Of a DNA stretch of 64,000 nt, positions 1 through 13,424 are shown piece by piece. The DNA lies in assembly GCF_031769215.1 (NCBI RefSeq), contig NW_026782338.1, positions 62,001-126,000 on the forward strand. The letters are read 5' to 3'. The notes under the pieces were generated by a model, which saw only the letters and a list, made by a program, of their open reading frames with translations, made no database searches and was not told where the DNA came from. The DNA comes from Ylistrum balloti. Taxonomy: Eukaryota. Within the stretch, counting starts at the first letter, position 1. The number at the start of each line of letters is the position of its first letter. The position numbers and the translations under genes were made by a program.

Positions 1-135
1 GCCAATATAGTGGTCAGTTCTATCGACAAGGAGGGGCGTCCAGTCCTTGTCCACTGCTCAGACGGCTGGGATCGAACCCCGCAAATTATTTCCTTGGCAA
101 CTCTCCAACTAGACCCTTACTACAGAACAATGGAG
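1..135 (+). CDS. MTMR3/4: Myotubularin-related protein 3/4, catalytic exon (gene begins upstream of window)
   Basis: Frame 1 reads ANIVVSSIDKEGRPVLVHCSDGWDRTPQIISLATLQLDPYYRTME, containing the active myotubularin CX5R motif HCSDGWDRT; donor GAG|gtaaga at 136. Confidence 0.95.
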
Positions 136-479
136 GTAAGAATCATCACCTTTGTTTTCCCAAAAAATTGAAATAAAGTACTGATAAACAAAACATTAAT
201 TTTGTTTGGCCTTATAATGGTCTCCTGCATATTTTGTAGTATTTATTGCTGCAAGAGTTGCTAGATTTTATTTTATTTTTTTTTTTTTTTTTGTCCAGTG
301 TTGAAGTCGCTTCAAAATACATTAAGACAGATTTGAGATTAAATGACAAGATATACCCGTGTACTTTTGTAGTCCTGATGGTGAAATGGGGAAGTAGATA
401 AAATATAAATTTAGGCAAAAGTTTTAATTGTTTGGCCTGATAATTATTACCACCTCAACATTTTCTCTCCCTTTTGTAG

Positions 480-665
480 GGTTTTCTTGTGTTGATTGAA
501 CGAGAGTGGCTGGACTTTGGTCACAAGTTTGCTGACCGCTGTGGAAATGGAATTGATATTGAGGACACTAACGAACGATGTCCCGTGTTCCTGCAGTGGA
601 TTGACTGTGTATACCAGCTTTATACACAGTTTCCCACAGCTTTCCAGTTCAATGAAGCCTATCTA
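480..665 (+). CDS. MTMR3/4: MTMR3/4 exon (phosphatase domain)
   Basis: tag|G acceptor; GFLVLIEREWLDFGHKFADRCG...ERCPVFLQWIDCVYQL...FQFNEAYL; donor CTA|gtaaga; phase 0/0. Confidence 0.95.
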
Positions 666-941
666 GTAAGAAAATCACACATTTCTTTTTTAAGAAGCAT
701 TTAAAGTGATATCCAGCTGGACTGTGTTGATAGCATTAAATGATGGAATATTCCGGTGGGCTAAGAAATATAGAAGAAACCTTAAGTTTAATTTAAGTAA
801 TTGTCTTAGCAATCCAATGGGTACTAGGAGATGCATGGAAGTATGTTCTATTTGTTTTTGAATGAAATTGTAACAGTTGTGAGGATTTAAGTGTTAATTA
901 TGTACTCTTTGAATTTTGAATTTTTTAAATGTGTTTTTTAG

Positions 942-1115
942 GTGAAGCTGGTGCAACATACATATTCCTGTCTGTTCGGTACATTCCTCTGTAACACGAC
1001 ACAGGAGAGACAGAAGGAGGAGTTGGACAAACGCACTGCCTCTGTCTGGTCACTCCTTAATCTTAAAAACAAACGATTCCTCAATCACCTGTATTGTCCA
1101 ACAATAGAACAGCAG
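942..1115 (+). CDS. MTMR3/4: MTMR3/4 exon (end of phosphatase domain)
   Basis: tttttag|GTG; VKLVQHTYSCLFGTFLCN...RTASVWSLL; donor CAG|gtacct; phase 0/0. Confidence 0.93.
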
Positions 1116-1624
1116 GTACCTAGCATATTAACAAGATGTGTCTTCATCAAATAATACATTCACAAGAGATTTTCAAGGTCAATGTCATAGTAACTATTTA
1201 TACAATAATCTAAAATAGGTCATCTGTTTACCATTTAGGAAGCGTGGGCATTGACGTCTTATGACATGTGGGAGTTATCTCCCTTCATACAAACCTTACA
1301 AGTGAACAGGTTCTTATAACGATCAATACCTTGTTTACACAACTGGGTATGTCCAATCAACCATGACATTAATAAACACTACTCACTAACTATTGAATGT
1401 AGGGGGAGCTGCTATCTCTGAAGTAAATATCGACTTGGTGCTTTACCACAATGAAGTCACCGGGGGCCAAATGGCTCGTAGAAATTCATGATTTCTTGAA
1501 CAGTCATCCTGATATGTGATAAATGGATTTCTTAAAACTTGTATCAAGAAAGCTGTAGGAATACTAGAGAAATTATAGGCCTTCATATGTAAGTGTGTGA
1601 TTTTGTTTGACCTGACATATACAG

Positions 1625-2050
1625 ATCAGTTAGGCCTAGAATCTATGGCAGATCAGCTAGGCCTAGAATCTGCGGCAGACCAGCTAGGCGTAGAATCTGC
1701 GGCAGACCAGCTAGGCCTAGAATCTGCGGCAGACCAGCTAGGCCTAGAATCTGCGGCAGACCAGCTAGGCGTAGAATCTGCGGCAGACCAGTTAGGCCTA
1801 GAACCTGCGGCAGACCAGCTAGGCCTAGAATCTGCGGCAGACCAGCTAGGCGTAGAATCTGCGGCAGACCAGCTAGGCCTAGAATCTGCGGCAGACCAGC
1901 TAGGCCTAGAATCTGCGGCAGACCAGCTAGGCCTAGAATCTGCGGCAGACCAGCTAGGCCTAGAATCTGCGGCAGACCAGTTAGGCGTAGAATCTGCGGC
2001 AGACCAGTTTGGCCAAGAATCTGCGACAGACCAGCTAGGCCTAGAATCTA
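1625..2050. repeat. 27-bp minisatellite (GCGGCAGACCAGCTAGGCCTAGAATCT), about 16 copies, in MTMR intron
   Basis: Direct tandem repetition; explains ORFs 1597-2109 (+) and 1653-2060 (-). Confidence 0.97.
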
Positions 2051-2396
2051 CGGTCACCACTAATGATCCCAGATCAATTTATAGCTCATATAATGTACAT
2101 ACACAGTAGGAGATTAATATTCCTTGGGATTTTTTTCTCCTTGCCCCAAGGAAAATCACAAAATTTAGGTGTCACAATAATAACCAGATATACAGTATCC
2201 CTAATTACAGTAATAACATATTTGATGGATAAATTTGTTGTCACATACGTAAGTTTTAAGTTAGACTTACATATGAAAGCATTCAGCTTCTGTTCGTACC
2301 ATGATGAATACTAAAAACAGCAGAAGTTCTTTCTCACTCCAATTTAATTTAACCTGAAGATTGTGATCAGAAATTTATCATTGAAAATTTCCACAG

Positions 2397-3605
2397 GTGC
2401 TGTATCCCTCATGTCATGTTAGAAGTGTTAAACTCTGGAGGGCAGTGTTCCTATCTAACAACTCCTCCTCCATGGGCCCAGAAGAAGGCTCCCTTGATAG
2501 ACCCTCTCTTGTCACTGAGCCGGAACGCTCCAACTTGCAGAAGACGAGATCATGTGATAATTTAGCTGCTAATCATGACCAGGAAGTGACAGTTCTTGCA
2601 AGTCCAAGTCGTAGAAAAAGTGATCCCAACATTACATTGGACTTCGCAGATCAAAGTCTTCACTTCGCAGCCAAAGATATTGAGCAAAATTCAAGTTGTA
2701 CTAGCATTCCTAATTCTATCAATAAAGAGGAGACAAATCAAGTCATTACAAACAGTGACACAGGTTTAGTAGAGAACGGACATGATGAATTATTTGACGA
2801 CAGCAGGAATGATGATGTCATCAGTGAAATGCAAGGAAACGGAGGAAGGGATTCCACTGAGGACTATGAAAGTGTTAAAAATGATGGCAAGATGGAACTT
2901 CAAAATGGCGACAGCGGAGTAGAGGAGGAAGTGGATGACAAAGGGAAACATCTTTCACTGATAAACGGACAAGAAGTCAAAGAGAAACATTTGGCGACAA
3001 ATGGATATACAGAAGGAACATTGACAGTGATTAGTGGTGAAAATGTGGTATGTAATGGTCTTAGTAATGGAATTGAGACTGAAGACAAAACATGTCAGAC
3101 AATTAAGATAGAGAGTGGTGACAATTTAACAAATAAAACGGGGTCTCGTGAACTCGTAATAGAGAGTTCCACAGACACTTTATGCGAGGAAGAAAGTGAA
3201 CACTGCCGGTGCAGCTCATCACGTTCTGCTGACCGACCACACAGTCAAGTGTCATCATGTAGTCAGGAAAATTTACACTGTGATAGTGACTGTAGGAGTA
3301 AAAAGCCTGTAACCAAAATTAAGTCGTTAGAGAGTTGCTCGAGTATTAGTACAAGTACAAGTGACATAAGTAACTCACATGTTCACATGGACTGCGTACG
3401 GCAGGCAGCTAACCTTCTACAGCTGCAGCAATGTCTCTTGTCACAGCCACCAGCACTGCGGCTCGACTGTGGCTCCAACGGCTGTGGCAAGCTGTCCAGT
3501 ATTCCAAACGGAGGCTCTCATTCCCCTTCTACACAATTTCCGACTCCTGTTAGCTCGCAAACCCCAAACTCTACGTGCCCTCCAACACCTGGCACAGAAA
3601 ACAAG
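2397..3605 (+). CDS. MTMR3/4: MTMR3/4 large exon (VLYP..LW motif then Ser/Asp/Glu-rich linker)
   Basis: ccacag|GTG; VLYPSCHVRSVKLWRAVFL, KTRSCDNL, RRKSDPNI; 1209 nt open; donor AAG|gtaaac; phase 0/0. Confidence 0.9.
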
Positions 3606-3942
3606 GTAAACAGTGTTATTTTTTTTTTCATGAGTCAAAAATGAAGATTTCAATGAAGAAAAGAATTCATTCCAACAACTCAACATGTGTGATATTTAAA
3701 ATGATAAAGATTTAGTCTTAAATGACCTCTACTGGTCAAGCAGTAAACACAGGAGGAAAAACACTGTCTTTATGATATAAAAGACAAATAAATGTCCATG
3801 TTGGATTTGTAAATTGTAAAATCAGATAGCGAATCCTGTTTAAATCAATTTTCTTAAATGATTTTATCCACTTCTGATTATCATAGTAATTGAATAACAC
3901 ATTTGAGTCGAACTTTTTTAACTGTTTCCTTTGTACCTTCAG

Positions 3943-4182
3943 TCAACAGAGGTTCCTTTACAACGCCATCTTAGCGGTATTGGCCGGCATCTCGACATAG
4001 ACGGCTTAACAATTTTCCAGGAACCTGTTCAACAGAGAATGCGCCAAATCGAGAATGATTATGAGCGGCAAATTCACGCTTTAAAGTCACACCTGGCTAA
4101 TGCCCAAGCCCTTTTGCTACAGCACGCGTCGGCTTGTAGTGGAGCAGGAAGGTGTGCTCTAGATCTGGCCAAAGATGACATG
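3943..4182 (+). CDS. MTMR3/4: MTMR3/4 coiled-coil exon
   Basis: ttcag|TCA; RHLDIDGL...QQRMRQIENDYERQIHALKSHL resembles the MTMR3/4 coiled coil; donor ATG|gtaagg. Confidence 0.9.
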
Positions 4183-4415
4183 GTAAGGAATGAGATAATG
4201 CCTTCTTCTGATAATTAAATTGGGTATGTACAGATGTAATTTATGATATTTTGTATGAGAAATTTTGAAATTTCACCAACAATGACCTCGGATATATGTC
4301 TTTGTTTTAGTATGAACAAGAATTCTTTTTTCAAATTTGACCTTCCTTTGAATTCAAGTGTGATTTTAAAAGTTTTTCTTCTGAAAATGTAAACAACATG
4401 ATTTTATTGTTTCAG

Positions 4416-4612
4416 TTGTTGCTTCCGGAAGCAACAGGATATGGAGATTTCCAGTCCCTAGGTGGGTGTAGTAATGCTGCATCTGATGCGAGTTGGGAAC
4501 AAATTGATGACATGGAATCCAAATTGGTAAAGTGGGTCCCAGATCATGCTGTTACTCACTGTGGAAATTGTGATCTAAGCTTTGGTATGATTAACAGGAA
4601 GCACCACTGCTG
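4416..4612 (+). CDS. MTMR3/4: MTMR3/4 exon, first half of FYVE domain
   Basis: ttcag|TTG; SDASWEQID...WVPDHAVTHCGNCDLSFGMINRKHHC; donor TG|gtaaat, phase 2. Confidence 0.93.
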
Positions 4613-4919
4613 GTAAATTTGAGTTCCAAGTAATTGCTGCAAGTTAGCTTTAAGTCCAGGAAAACTGATCCTGAAGTTTGATTGTTGGGTAGGATTAGTA
4701 ACACACCAAACACGCCAAAACATGGTGCTGCCTAAGTACAGTTAGCTTTTGGAAAATGGTTTTTCTAGGGTGTAAATCATAACATATTTTGAAGTAAACC
4801 TTTACAGGTCTCATTTGGTAAATTTCCTTTGCAAAGAGATCATAACTCTCGTGTGGCAAGGAAAGAGTTATAGAATTAAGTCCCATAGGAATGAACAAAT
4901 GGTTATTATTTGGCTGGTA

Positions 4920-5252
4920 TGTTTCTAGGATGAAGCCCATCAAAGGCTGCAAAAAGAAATGACTTCAACTAATATTCAAGGTCGCAGGGGTCAGATTTGT
5001 TAAAACATTTAAACAATTTCTCATGAAGTAAAAAGCCTAGATCCATGATATTTGGATGGGTTGTTCCCAGAATGAAGCCCAACCAAGTTTGTGGAAAGAA
5101 ATGACCTTGACCTAATTTCAAGATCTCAGGTGTCAAATTTATTGAAACGTTTTAATGACTTCTTCTCATGAATTAAAAGGCCTAGAGGCATGATGTTTGG
5201 TTGGTAGAAATATACCAGAAGAGCTCTGCAGGCCCATTGGGTCTCTTGTTTG
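4920..5252 (+). mobile_element. Non-autonomous MITE/Helentron(HINE)-like relic with internal degenerate repeats
   Basis: Two degenerate copies of an ~155-bp unit (GAATGAAGCCC..ATGAC..TTCAAG..CTCATGAA..AAAGCCTAGA..CATGAT.TTTGG) ending in GGCCCATTGGGTCTCTTGTT, the type of terminus seen in bivalve pearl/DTC84-like elements; family recognised from memory only. Confidence 0.5.
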
Positions 5253-5601
5253 TAAAGTAATTTGATTTTTATATGAACTTTTCAAAAGTTAATTGCTTTT
5301 TTTTATTAAAAAACTGTTAATTACTAATTATAGTTTATAGTAAAATATAATATTTCCACATATTTCTCAAATGGTCTGTTTTGCATATCAATTAGTGGCA
5401 TATCGCTTCAAGTCATATCTACATGAACAAAACACAGGTATAGAACAAGTAAATTTGTCATTGGATTTTAATTGGTCATTGATTGTGGTACAAACAGGTC
5501 ACATAAACTTTTGGTTGTAAATGCTGAAACTTTTTTAACTTTTGAATAAAAGAAATATGCAACATTCACGCATTGTATTACCTCTGTTATATATTTAACA
5601 G

Positions 5602-5788
5602 GAACTGCGGAAATATTTTCTGTCTTGATTGTACAAACTACTACACGTCGATTCCACAACAAAATCTCATGTCCCCGGAGCATGTTTGTCAGCGATGTTA
5701 CAAGGTTCTGCGGTACCAGGGTGGGAGGAGTTCTCTGGAAAATGGAGTCATCGATGAACGACCAATGGCCGCAGCTGCCTCAAATTAA
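5602..5788 (+). CDS. MTMR3/4: MTMR3/4 last coding exon, second half of FYVE domain
   Basis: taacag|G AAC TGC; NCGNIFCLDC...IPQQNL..PEHVCQRCY...RPMAAAASN*; phase matches the previous exon; TAA at 5786-5788. Confidence 0.93.
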
Positions 5789-8700
5789 CTGACAAAAAAA
5801 ATTATGATAAAACTATTTACAGATGATTTCCTATCAATTCAAAATTGTCGTTGTTAATTCAAGGCGTATATGTATTGTTTTGTTGTTTAGACTTCTTGTT
5901 GTGTTAAAGGAGGAATATTTGAATGCAAGAGGTTTAGAAAAGTTCAGGATCTCAATGCGAGTAGACGCTGCAGTAATATTGATAAGTAAATGCTTATACA
6001 TGTACTAGAAAAATATGGGATTTTGTGGAAATTTAAAACATGTAGAAATTTTGTTTCATTTTCTTCAGGAAGAATAAAGCAATTAACGTTTGAAAATATT
6101 TTGAGATTTAAAAAAAAAATAACAATTTATTATTTATTTAATATTTGTTCTATGTTTTTTTGTTTTTTGTTTTTTACATCTTTTTGAAAAGAATCATTAT
6201 ATCCACTGACTGAGAATGTTTAAACATAATTAGCATTTAATCCAATTAATCAAATCATATGAAATGTATATTATGTAGAAAATTAAAGGACGTTTAGAAT
6301 GATGAGGTTATTTATCATTATCTCCACAATACACTTAAGTATTTAGATAAAAGTTAAATCGAGTTAAAAAATAGAGGTTGTTTTTGATTTGCAAATGATT
6401 TGAAAAATTCTCCAAAAATATCACTGAAAAACAGCGGGAAGCTGTTAAGATGTTGTAAAAAAAAATTGGATGTAGTAGTGTTTCATTGGTCCAAATATGG
6501 TCATTGTCCTTTTTTTATCAAGTCATTGAATACCAGTTATTTATGTGACCAAATTTATTATTTGTTCGATGAATAAGATTATTACTTGATAAAAACTATG
6601 AACATGTTAATGTCATATTAGAATCTGTTTTGTTGAGCAGTCAAATTTTGTTACTTAAATTCTGCTATGTTTTAATCAGAGAGGGAGTCAATGCTTGGCT
6701 TCAACATTTTTTGGAAACATTTGAAAGATTTTTAATTTATATTTAATTTTTTAATTTCATGTTTCCTGAAACAAATTCTTCAGTGTTGGATTACCTCCCT
6801 TCTCTTGAACCGCAGATAATTTTATAATGCTTTGCCTTGAAATAAGGACGGTACTGGATTACTTCCCTTTTAAAATTTTACAGAGAAAGAGAGAGAAAAA
6901 GACAAGAGACAAGAGAGAGAGATAAGTGAGAGAGAGAGAAAGACGAGAGAGAGAATAGTGAAATACTACAGCAGGTAGATTTTATTTTCTTCAATAAGCT
7001 TCACTTTTGCTATCACAGCAGTTTGGCCTTTCAAGCAAACCTACAGTTAACTACAACTCAACACATTTCATCATGAAACATTGTCAATCTTTTTAGAACT
7101 TTGACACAATTTTAAACTTCATAGAAAAATCAATCTAAGAAGTTTATACTTGTGAAAGAAGTGAACTTTCAGGTTCTGATTGTCAACTTTTTGTAAAATA
7201 ACCATTATTCAGATCTAAGAAATAGGCAGGCAAATCAAAACAGGCAAAATTAACAGAAAAACTACGTGATTTTTCATCGCATCAAAATATCCCCTAGACA
7301 AAAATTTGATACCATTTTGAGTTGAAGGAAATTTTTTTTTGAAGAAACAATTAATCAAGCTCAGTCATAATTAATAGTTTAATTGAAATTTAATTCAAAT
7401 GTTTATGAGTCAAATATACATGTACTTGATTAAGAAAAAAAAGTTAAAGTGCAAAATTTGGGAATTAAATATGATTGTCAGATTTTTTTGCTAAGAGGAG
7501 GTAATCTGTATGACAATGTGTTTGATTCATCAGGAATTAAAGTAATCGCTGATAATTTTTAAGATTATGTTTGAATGATAATTTTCATTTACCTGCTCGC
7601 CAAAAGATTCAGTCTTAGTCTTGCAATGACCAAGAGAAGCGTATGATTTGACAATCAAAATTATCACTTTGACAGCCAATTTGCAGAATTCGTAAAACGT
7701 TTTGTTTTCATTATGTCCTACTATTGTTATTAGGGGCATATATGGTTACCAATGTCTGCCCTGTCATGTCTTGTCTCGTATTGGTATGAAACAATATCAT
7801 ATCTTGCAAACTTCTCTACAGATTTGGTTCATATTTACTCCCTAATATCACAACATTAAGTTCTTAAGTTTCTTATTAAGGTGGTCATCAGTCAAGGTTA
7901 AAGGGTCAAAGGTCACATTTGAAAACTTCTGCAATTTCATCAGTGATACTTACCTTTTTTGCAGCGGAGGCATTCATATCCTACAGATGTTTCTCCGTAG
8001 AACCAAAATTTTGAAAAGGAACAACTTGTCAATATATTTTTTAAAATAGAAATGCTGTTATCGATCCAGAGATTTCTTTTATTCGCCTCTTGTTCACTTA
8101 AGAGATAAGGGGTTAGAATGATTATAATTTCATTGGTAAACAGGGGAACTAAACACTCAAAGACGTATTTCAAGCTTCCCTTTTTATAGCAACTAATTTC
8201 CCCACTTCATGGATGTTGGATATTGTTTAAACTGTAAGGGAAATCGCAGTGATTACTACTGCTATTTGAAAGGAACATCCCTGAGATTACTTCTGATCTT
8301 TTTTTTTTCTCGAGATCTTCTGCAGCAAGAGAAGTCATTCCTCTTTAAACCCTCTTTAAAGAAAGTTTTTGTCATTTTTAGAATTTAAGTTATTTTTGTT
8401 TTCATTGATGAATATTATTTTGGAGTTTAAATGTGACTGTACTCTGAGAGTACTGAGAATAAAGAAACAAATAGGGCAAAAACATATATCTGTTAATTAA
8501 GATAAATCAAAATTGTGTGTTTGTTAGGATTGAGTGTATATGGATTTTCTTTCCATTTTTTTTTTTTGTTCTCTGCAATCCTTTGCTTCAAAACAAATAC
8601 ATCTATAACAATAGAAAAATAAAAAAAAAATTAAAAATCAAGGTCAGTTTAAAAATATCTGCCTATATTTATGGTATGTTTTTGAAAATAAACTCAAATT

Positions 8701-10409
8701 GATCAGATATGTTTCCAAACAAAGACTTATTTATTTATCACTGATAAACAAGTCAAAACAAGGCTGTACAAGACTTTACAGATATAAATTGCTTACTTTT
8801 AAACATTTGTATAAATCATTTTTTGACCTTTGAAACAATAGTATTGCTAGGTCGTATGGTGAGTCATTTGGTCAATTTTGGTCTTGGCTATGTATTTTGG
8901 TTTTAGTCTGTCCAGTACTGACTTTTTGACTAAAAAGATCATAGCTTGTAATGAAGAAAAAGATAAAAATGATAATTATGATGAATTTATCATCAAGGTC
9001 AAAGTAAAAATGATAATTTTTGAGGTCAACTTAATTTATGAGGGAAAGGTAGAAAGGACACAAGACACAACATTTATAACCTTATTACAGTTCAAGATCA
9101 TTGGCCATGCTCAATGAAAATAGGTTGCTCAATCCGAATCTATAACTGAAGCAGAATAGCCCTATCCTATATAGACCTAACTATCTGGATACTCCAGTTG
9201 TCGATTGTCATTATATTACTGAATTGTTGGTTTGCTGGGAATTCAATTTTGCTATATTTAAGGTTATGAAAGATAACACGAAATTAGATTTCCCAACAAA
9301 TCAAAATATCAGAACCTATTTGCAATTTCTGTTTAAATTTATCAGAATTGAAACAGAAATGCAGATTACTGTGAAACTGGACAGCAACTAAATCAATATA
9401 TGCCCTGTGAAATCATACCACTAGACAGTATTATAATCTTGTTTTTTTCTTTTTTGGTTAGCTGGTGATCATAATTGTAATTCTTTTAAATTTAACATGT
9501 CTTTAACAATCGAAAAAATACCTATACATTAATGGTCAGTCGTTTTCATCGGCAGAATTTTTAAAAATTCTTATATAACAACAATGTGTACCTATATTCT
9601 AAATAGTTGAAAACATAAACATTCTTATCATTTGTTTTTTTAAGGAAATAAGGCAGAGATTGTTACGTTTTCTGTTTTGTGGTTTGTACGTGATGAATCT
9701 TGCTCAAATGTGGTATTGTTTGTTTTTACAATTTCTTTTGCACTGGTGATTGTTGAGAGATCATATAACCCTTGGATGCGAGTGTGGCGATGATGGTGGT
9801 ATATTTGTTTAATAGGATATCACTGTATTGAAATTTTTTAAAGATATGCTAAAACAATTGAAATTCCATTTGAAGCGGATAAAAATTTCCAATTTAAGTA
9901 AATAGAAACAAGATAAATGATATTTATGTTTATGAATCTGAGTGAAGATTTTCATTTTTTGGAATAACTTTTTTTGTGCTAGTGTCAAGTATTATAATAA
10001 GTGGTACCATAAGTGAAGATGTTAACAGGTAGGGAATTGTCTTTATGTTAAACCCTAGAAACAAGAATTGTTTATTTTATAAATCAAAATTTCAAAGTTA
10101 CATATGTATATATATGTTTCAGAATTGATTATAAATTTGTATTCTCTACTTTCAATACTAATTTGCCATGAAGAAGGTTTGTTATATATTCAAGCTAAAT
10201 GTCATGAAAATTCTATAAAATTACAGAATTAATATAATATATTGTTTTCAAAAATATTAAATTCAGATTAATGTTGACTCTCATATCTCAGATATTATAA
10301 GTTTATAATTGACCAATTCTAAATCCTTTTCAAAAGTTTGTCTTTAAACAGTACATGGTTTGGGTAAAAGCTTAGACAGTGTAAATACAATGAAGCATAG
10401 ACCCTTGCT

Positions 10410-10545
10410 TTGCGTGATGTGTGACATATTGTGTGACATGTGACATATTGTGCGACATGTGACATGTTGTGTGGCATGTGACATGTTGTGTGACATATTG
10501 TGTGACATGTGACATATTGTGTGACATGTGACATGTTGTGTGATA
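10410..10545. repeat. Short-period TGTGACA(TG/TATTG) tandem repeat
   Basis: Repeated tgtgacatgtgacatattg / catgttg units. Confidence 0.9.
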
Positions 10546-11723
10546 AGCATGGCCTGAAAGCCTGGTGAGATCTGCTGCATGGACTGGTTAGGTGTATTGT
10601 TTTATAATAAGTTTCCTTGCACACTTAAATAAGCTTCAATTATTTTACTTATTTTTCAATGTAGCACATTTGCTTTTAACAGGTGTTAATTCATTTTTTT
10701 ATTTTATACATTAGACAAGAAAAATCACAACTTTTATTGAGAATTAAAAGGCAATTTCCAATTTATCAGTTAATTGCAATTTCTCATTTTTGCCTCAATG
10801 ATATTAGTGTATTTCTTAGTTGTTACATTTATGTTGCATTTGAGGTAATAATTCCATTGTTCAGTAAGATCAAGCGTTTAGAATCTGCTAACAGGTGCTG
10901 CAAAATTGCTTTGTAGGTGGCTTGGGTCCTTGTTTAAATTGGAAAGAAAGAAATTTCTTTCATTAATGTGATCACATCTAGTCTGTTTAAAATTTTTGCT
11001 GTCTTTAATACTTGATGTTTATGAATAATTTGCAGAGATGAAGTTTGATGGTCCTTATAATGAATATATAACCCTCTTTATATTGCCATTGTCTGTTCAG
11101 GAAAGTGTGTTTTGTCAATATAAAGGGATTGGCAATATGTCTAAAGAAAACTTTAGAAACAAGAGAGAATAACTGTCAGTATAAAAGAATGTAGATGAAA
11201 CAAGTGGCATTATATGGTGGTTTTACTCTAAAGTTTAAATAAAATCTACTTAAATTGATGATCAGGTGAATAAGACAAATTTTAGACTATATTGTAAGAT
11301 AGTAGTTTTTACGCAATTAAGCACTTGGGCCTCTCATTACTTTGAAACAAAAATTTAATCGGATGAAGTTGAAAAAGATGTTTGGAGTTTGTTATTGATT
11401 ATGGATAAGTCTTTTTTATGAAGTGACTTATTTGTCAAGTTTTAGTTAAGGTCTAAACAACACTGATGTAGTTGGGAAGTGGTTCTGTTTTGCCTTTTCT
11501 GTGACATTGTGATAGAAGTTTTCTTGAAAAGAGATAAATTTCTGAATGAGAATTATCTCCAGAATTTAGAAATGTGAATATTATTTGATGATGGTCTTGT
11601 GGCCTTTTGTTTAAATGTTGGAAAATGCAATTCTTATGATGCTGAGGTTGTTGGATGGGGAATAAGTGATTTATAAACAAGTAGTACTGGGTATTAGGTT
11701 GTGGTGTATGTCATTTATAATGT

Positions 11724-11766
<43 letters not shown>
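11724..11766. repeat. (GT)n microsatellite
   Basis: About 21 GT dinucleotides. Confidence 0.97.
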
Positions 11767-11771
<5 letters not shown>

Positions 11772-12899
11772 TGGGTGTGGTGGGGGGGTAACTGGGTGGA
11801 GGCATGTCACATGACTTACAAATAATGTGTACATGTTCAAGTGACATGTGCATTAATCTAAAATTACAATGTCATGTGTGTCATATGACTTCTACAAGGT
11901 CATGTCATGTGTACCAGGTCACATAATGTATACATCATTTGAAGTGTACAATGTCATTTGTGTTTCTGGTTAAATGGGAGGTATTAGGTACAGTGGTAAT
12001 TAATTTCAAGTGTTTTGAATTTACATACATGTAGGGAATATGAAACATGATCAGAAAAATTACACATGTTTCATTATTATTAACAGAGAAATGTTAATTC
12101 TTAGAGACAAGTATACACTCAATTATAAATTTGTGGTTTTTTTTTTCAAAATTTCTCTATATTACTGGTATCAGTGCTAATATAGCAGCTTCAGTTTTTA
12201 AGTATTTATAGATAAAATTCACAAGCAGAGCTCCCAGAAGTGTTTTTTTTTTATCATCTTGAGGACTTACTGGTGATAAATGATAAAGATTAACATGAAT
12301 TTTTATAAATAAGTGACACTTATCTGGTTCAGATCTGAAAGCATTGCTTAAATATATCAAAATATGGGTGCGATTCAGGTAGGATTTGAAAATGATTAAG
12401 AAACAAAAAGTATGGCATAATAGATGTATGGTTAGATATATCATTATGGAGAATTACAATGTCTGTACATGGATAGGACACATACAATAGGCTGATGTAT
12501 GGATGGAAGTATGTGGTGGATGTGATTGACATACGACTGTATGAAGGAACTAGAGCTTGTTATTACATCGAGAGGTTCTCATTCAAAAGACAAAAGTCAG
12601 ATGGGCCTCTGGTTTTTTATTTAAAAAGTAAAAATCCTTGTTTTGATGAATTTCCGTTCATTGTATACATTCAGCTGAAAAGATGGGAAAAAAAATTTAG
12701 ATGAACCAATTGAAAAAAGAATATTGATGATTTAGATATAGACAGATTTTGAAAATAAAAAAGTACCAACTTGAATAGATATGCATGGTTTCACAGTGAA
12801 ACAGCACATGTTTCTTAACTTCTGAAATTAGAATGACATTAGTGTGAGTCAAGAGCACAAAATATTGGGAGGTATGTGGGGGTAGAATTTGGGTTGGCT

Positions 12900-13292
12900 G
12901 AAAGGTAGTGAGATTGAGGTAAAGGAAAGGTAGTGAGATTGAGGTAAGGTGAAAGGCAGTGAGATTGAGGTAAGGTGAAAGGTAGCAAGATTGTGGTAAG
13001 GTAAAAGGTAGTGAGATTGAGGTGAGGTGAAAGGCAGTGAGATTGTGGTAAGGTGAAAGGTAGCGAGATTGAGGGAAGGTGAAAGGTAGTGAGGTTGTGG
13101 TAAGATGAAAGGTAGTGAGATTGTGGTAAGGTGAAAGGTAGTGAGATTGAGGTAAGGTGAAAGGCAGTGAGATTGAGGTAAGGTGAAAGGCAGTGAGATT
13201 GAGGTAAGGTGAAATGTAGTGAGATTGAGGTTAGGTGAAAGGTAGTGTGATTGAGGTTAGGTGAAAGGTAGTGTGATTGAGGTAAGGTGAAA
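12900..13292. repeat. 26-bp G/A-rich minisatellite (AAGGTAGTGAGATTGAGGTAAGGTGA), about 15 copies
   Basis: Direct tandem repetition; explains ORF 12839-13345. Confidence 0.95.
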
Positions 13293-13424
13293 GGTTGTAG
13301 CATTATAACCTTGTATTGTATGTATTTGTGATGGCTTGTAAACAATCTGCAAAAATCATTTGTTCTCCTTACTAATAAATCTGTTAAAAACAGGAAATTC
13401 TTCTGTTGACTTTATTTATTATCA

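Noticed and set aside
2397-3605. Very large low-complexity exon in MTMR as a possible novel insertion
   Set aside because: A long poorly conserved linker between phosphatase and coiled coil is normal for MTMR3/4
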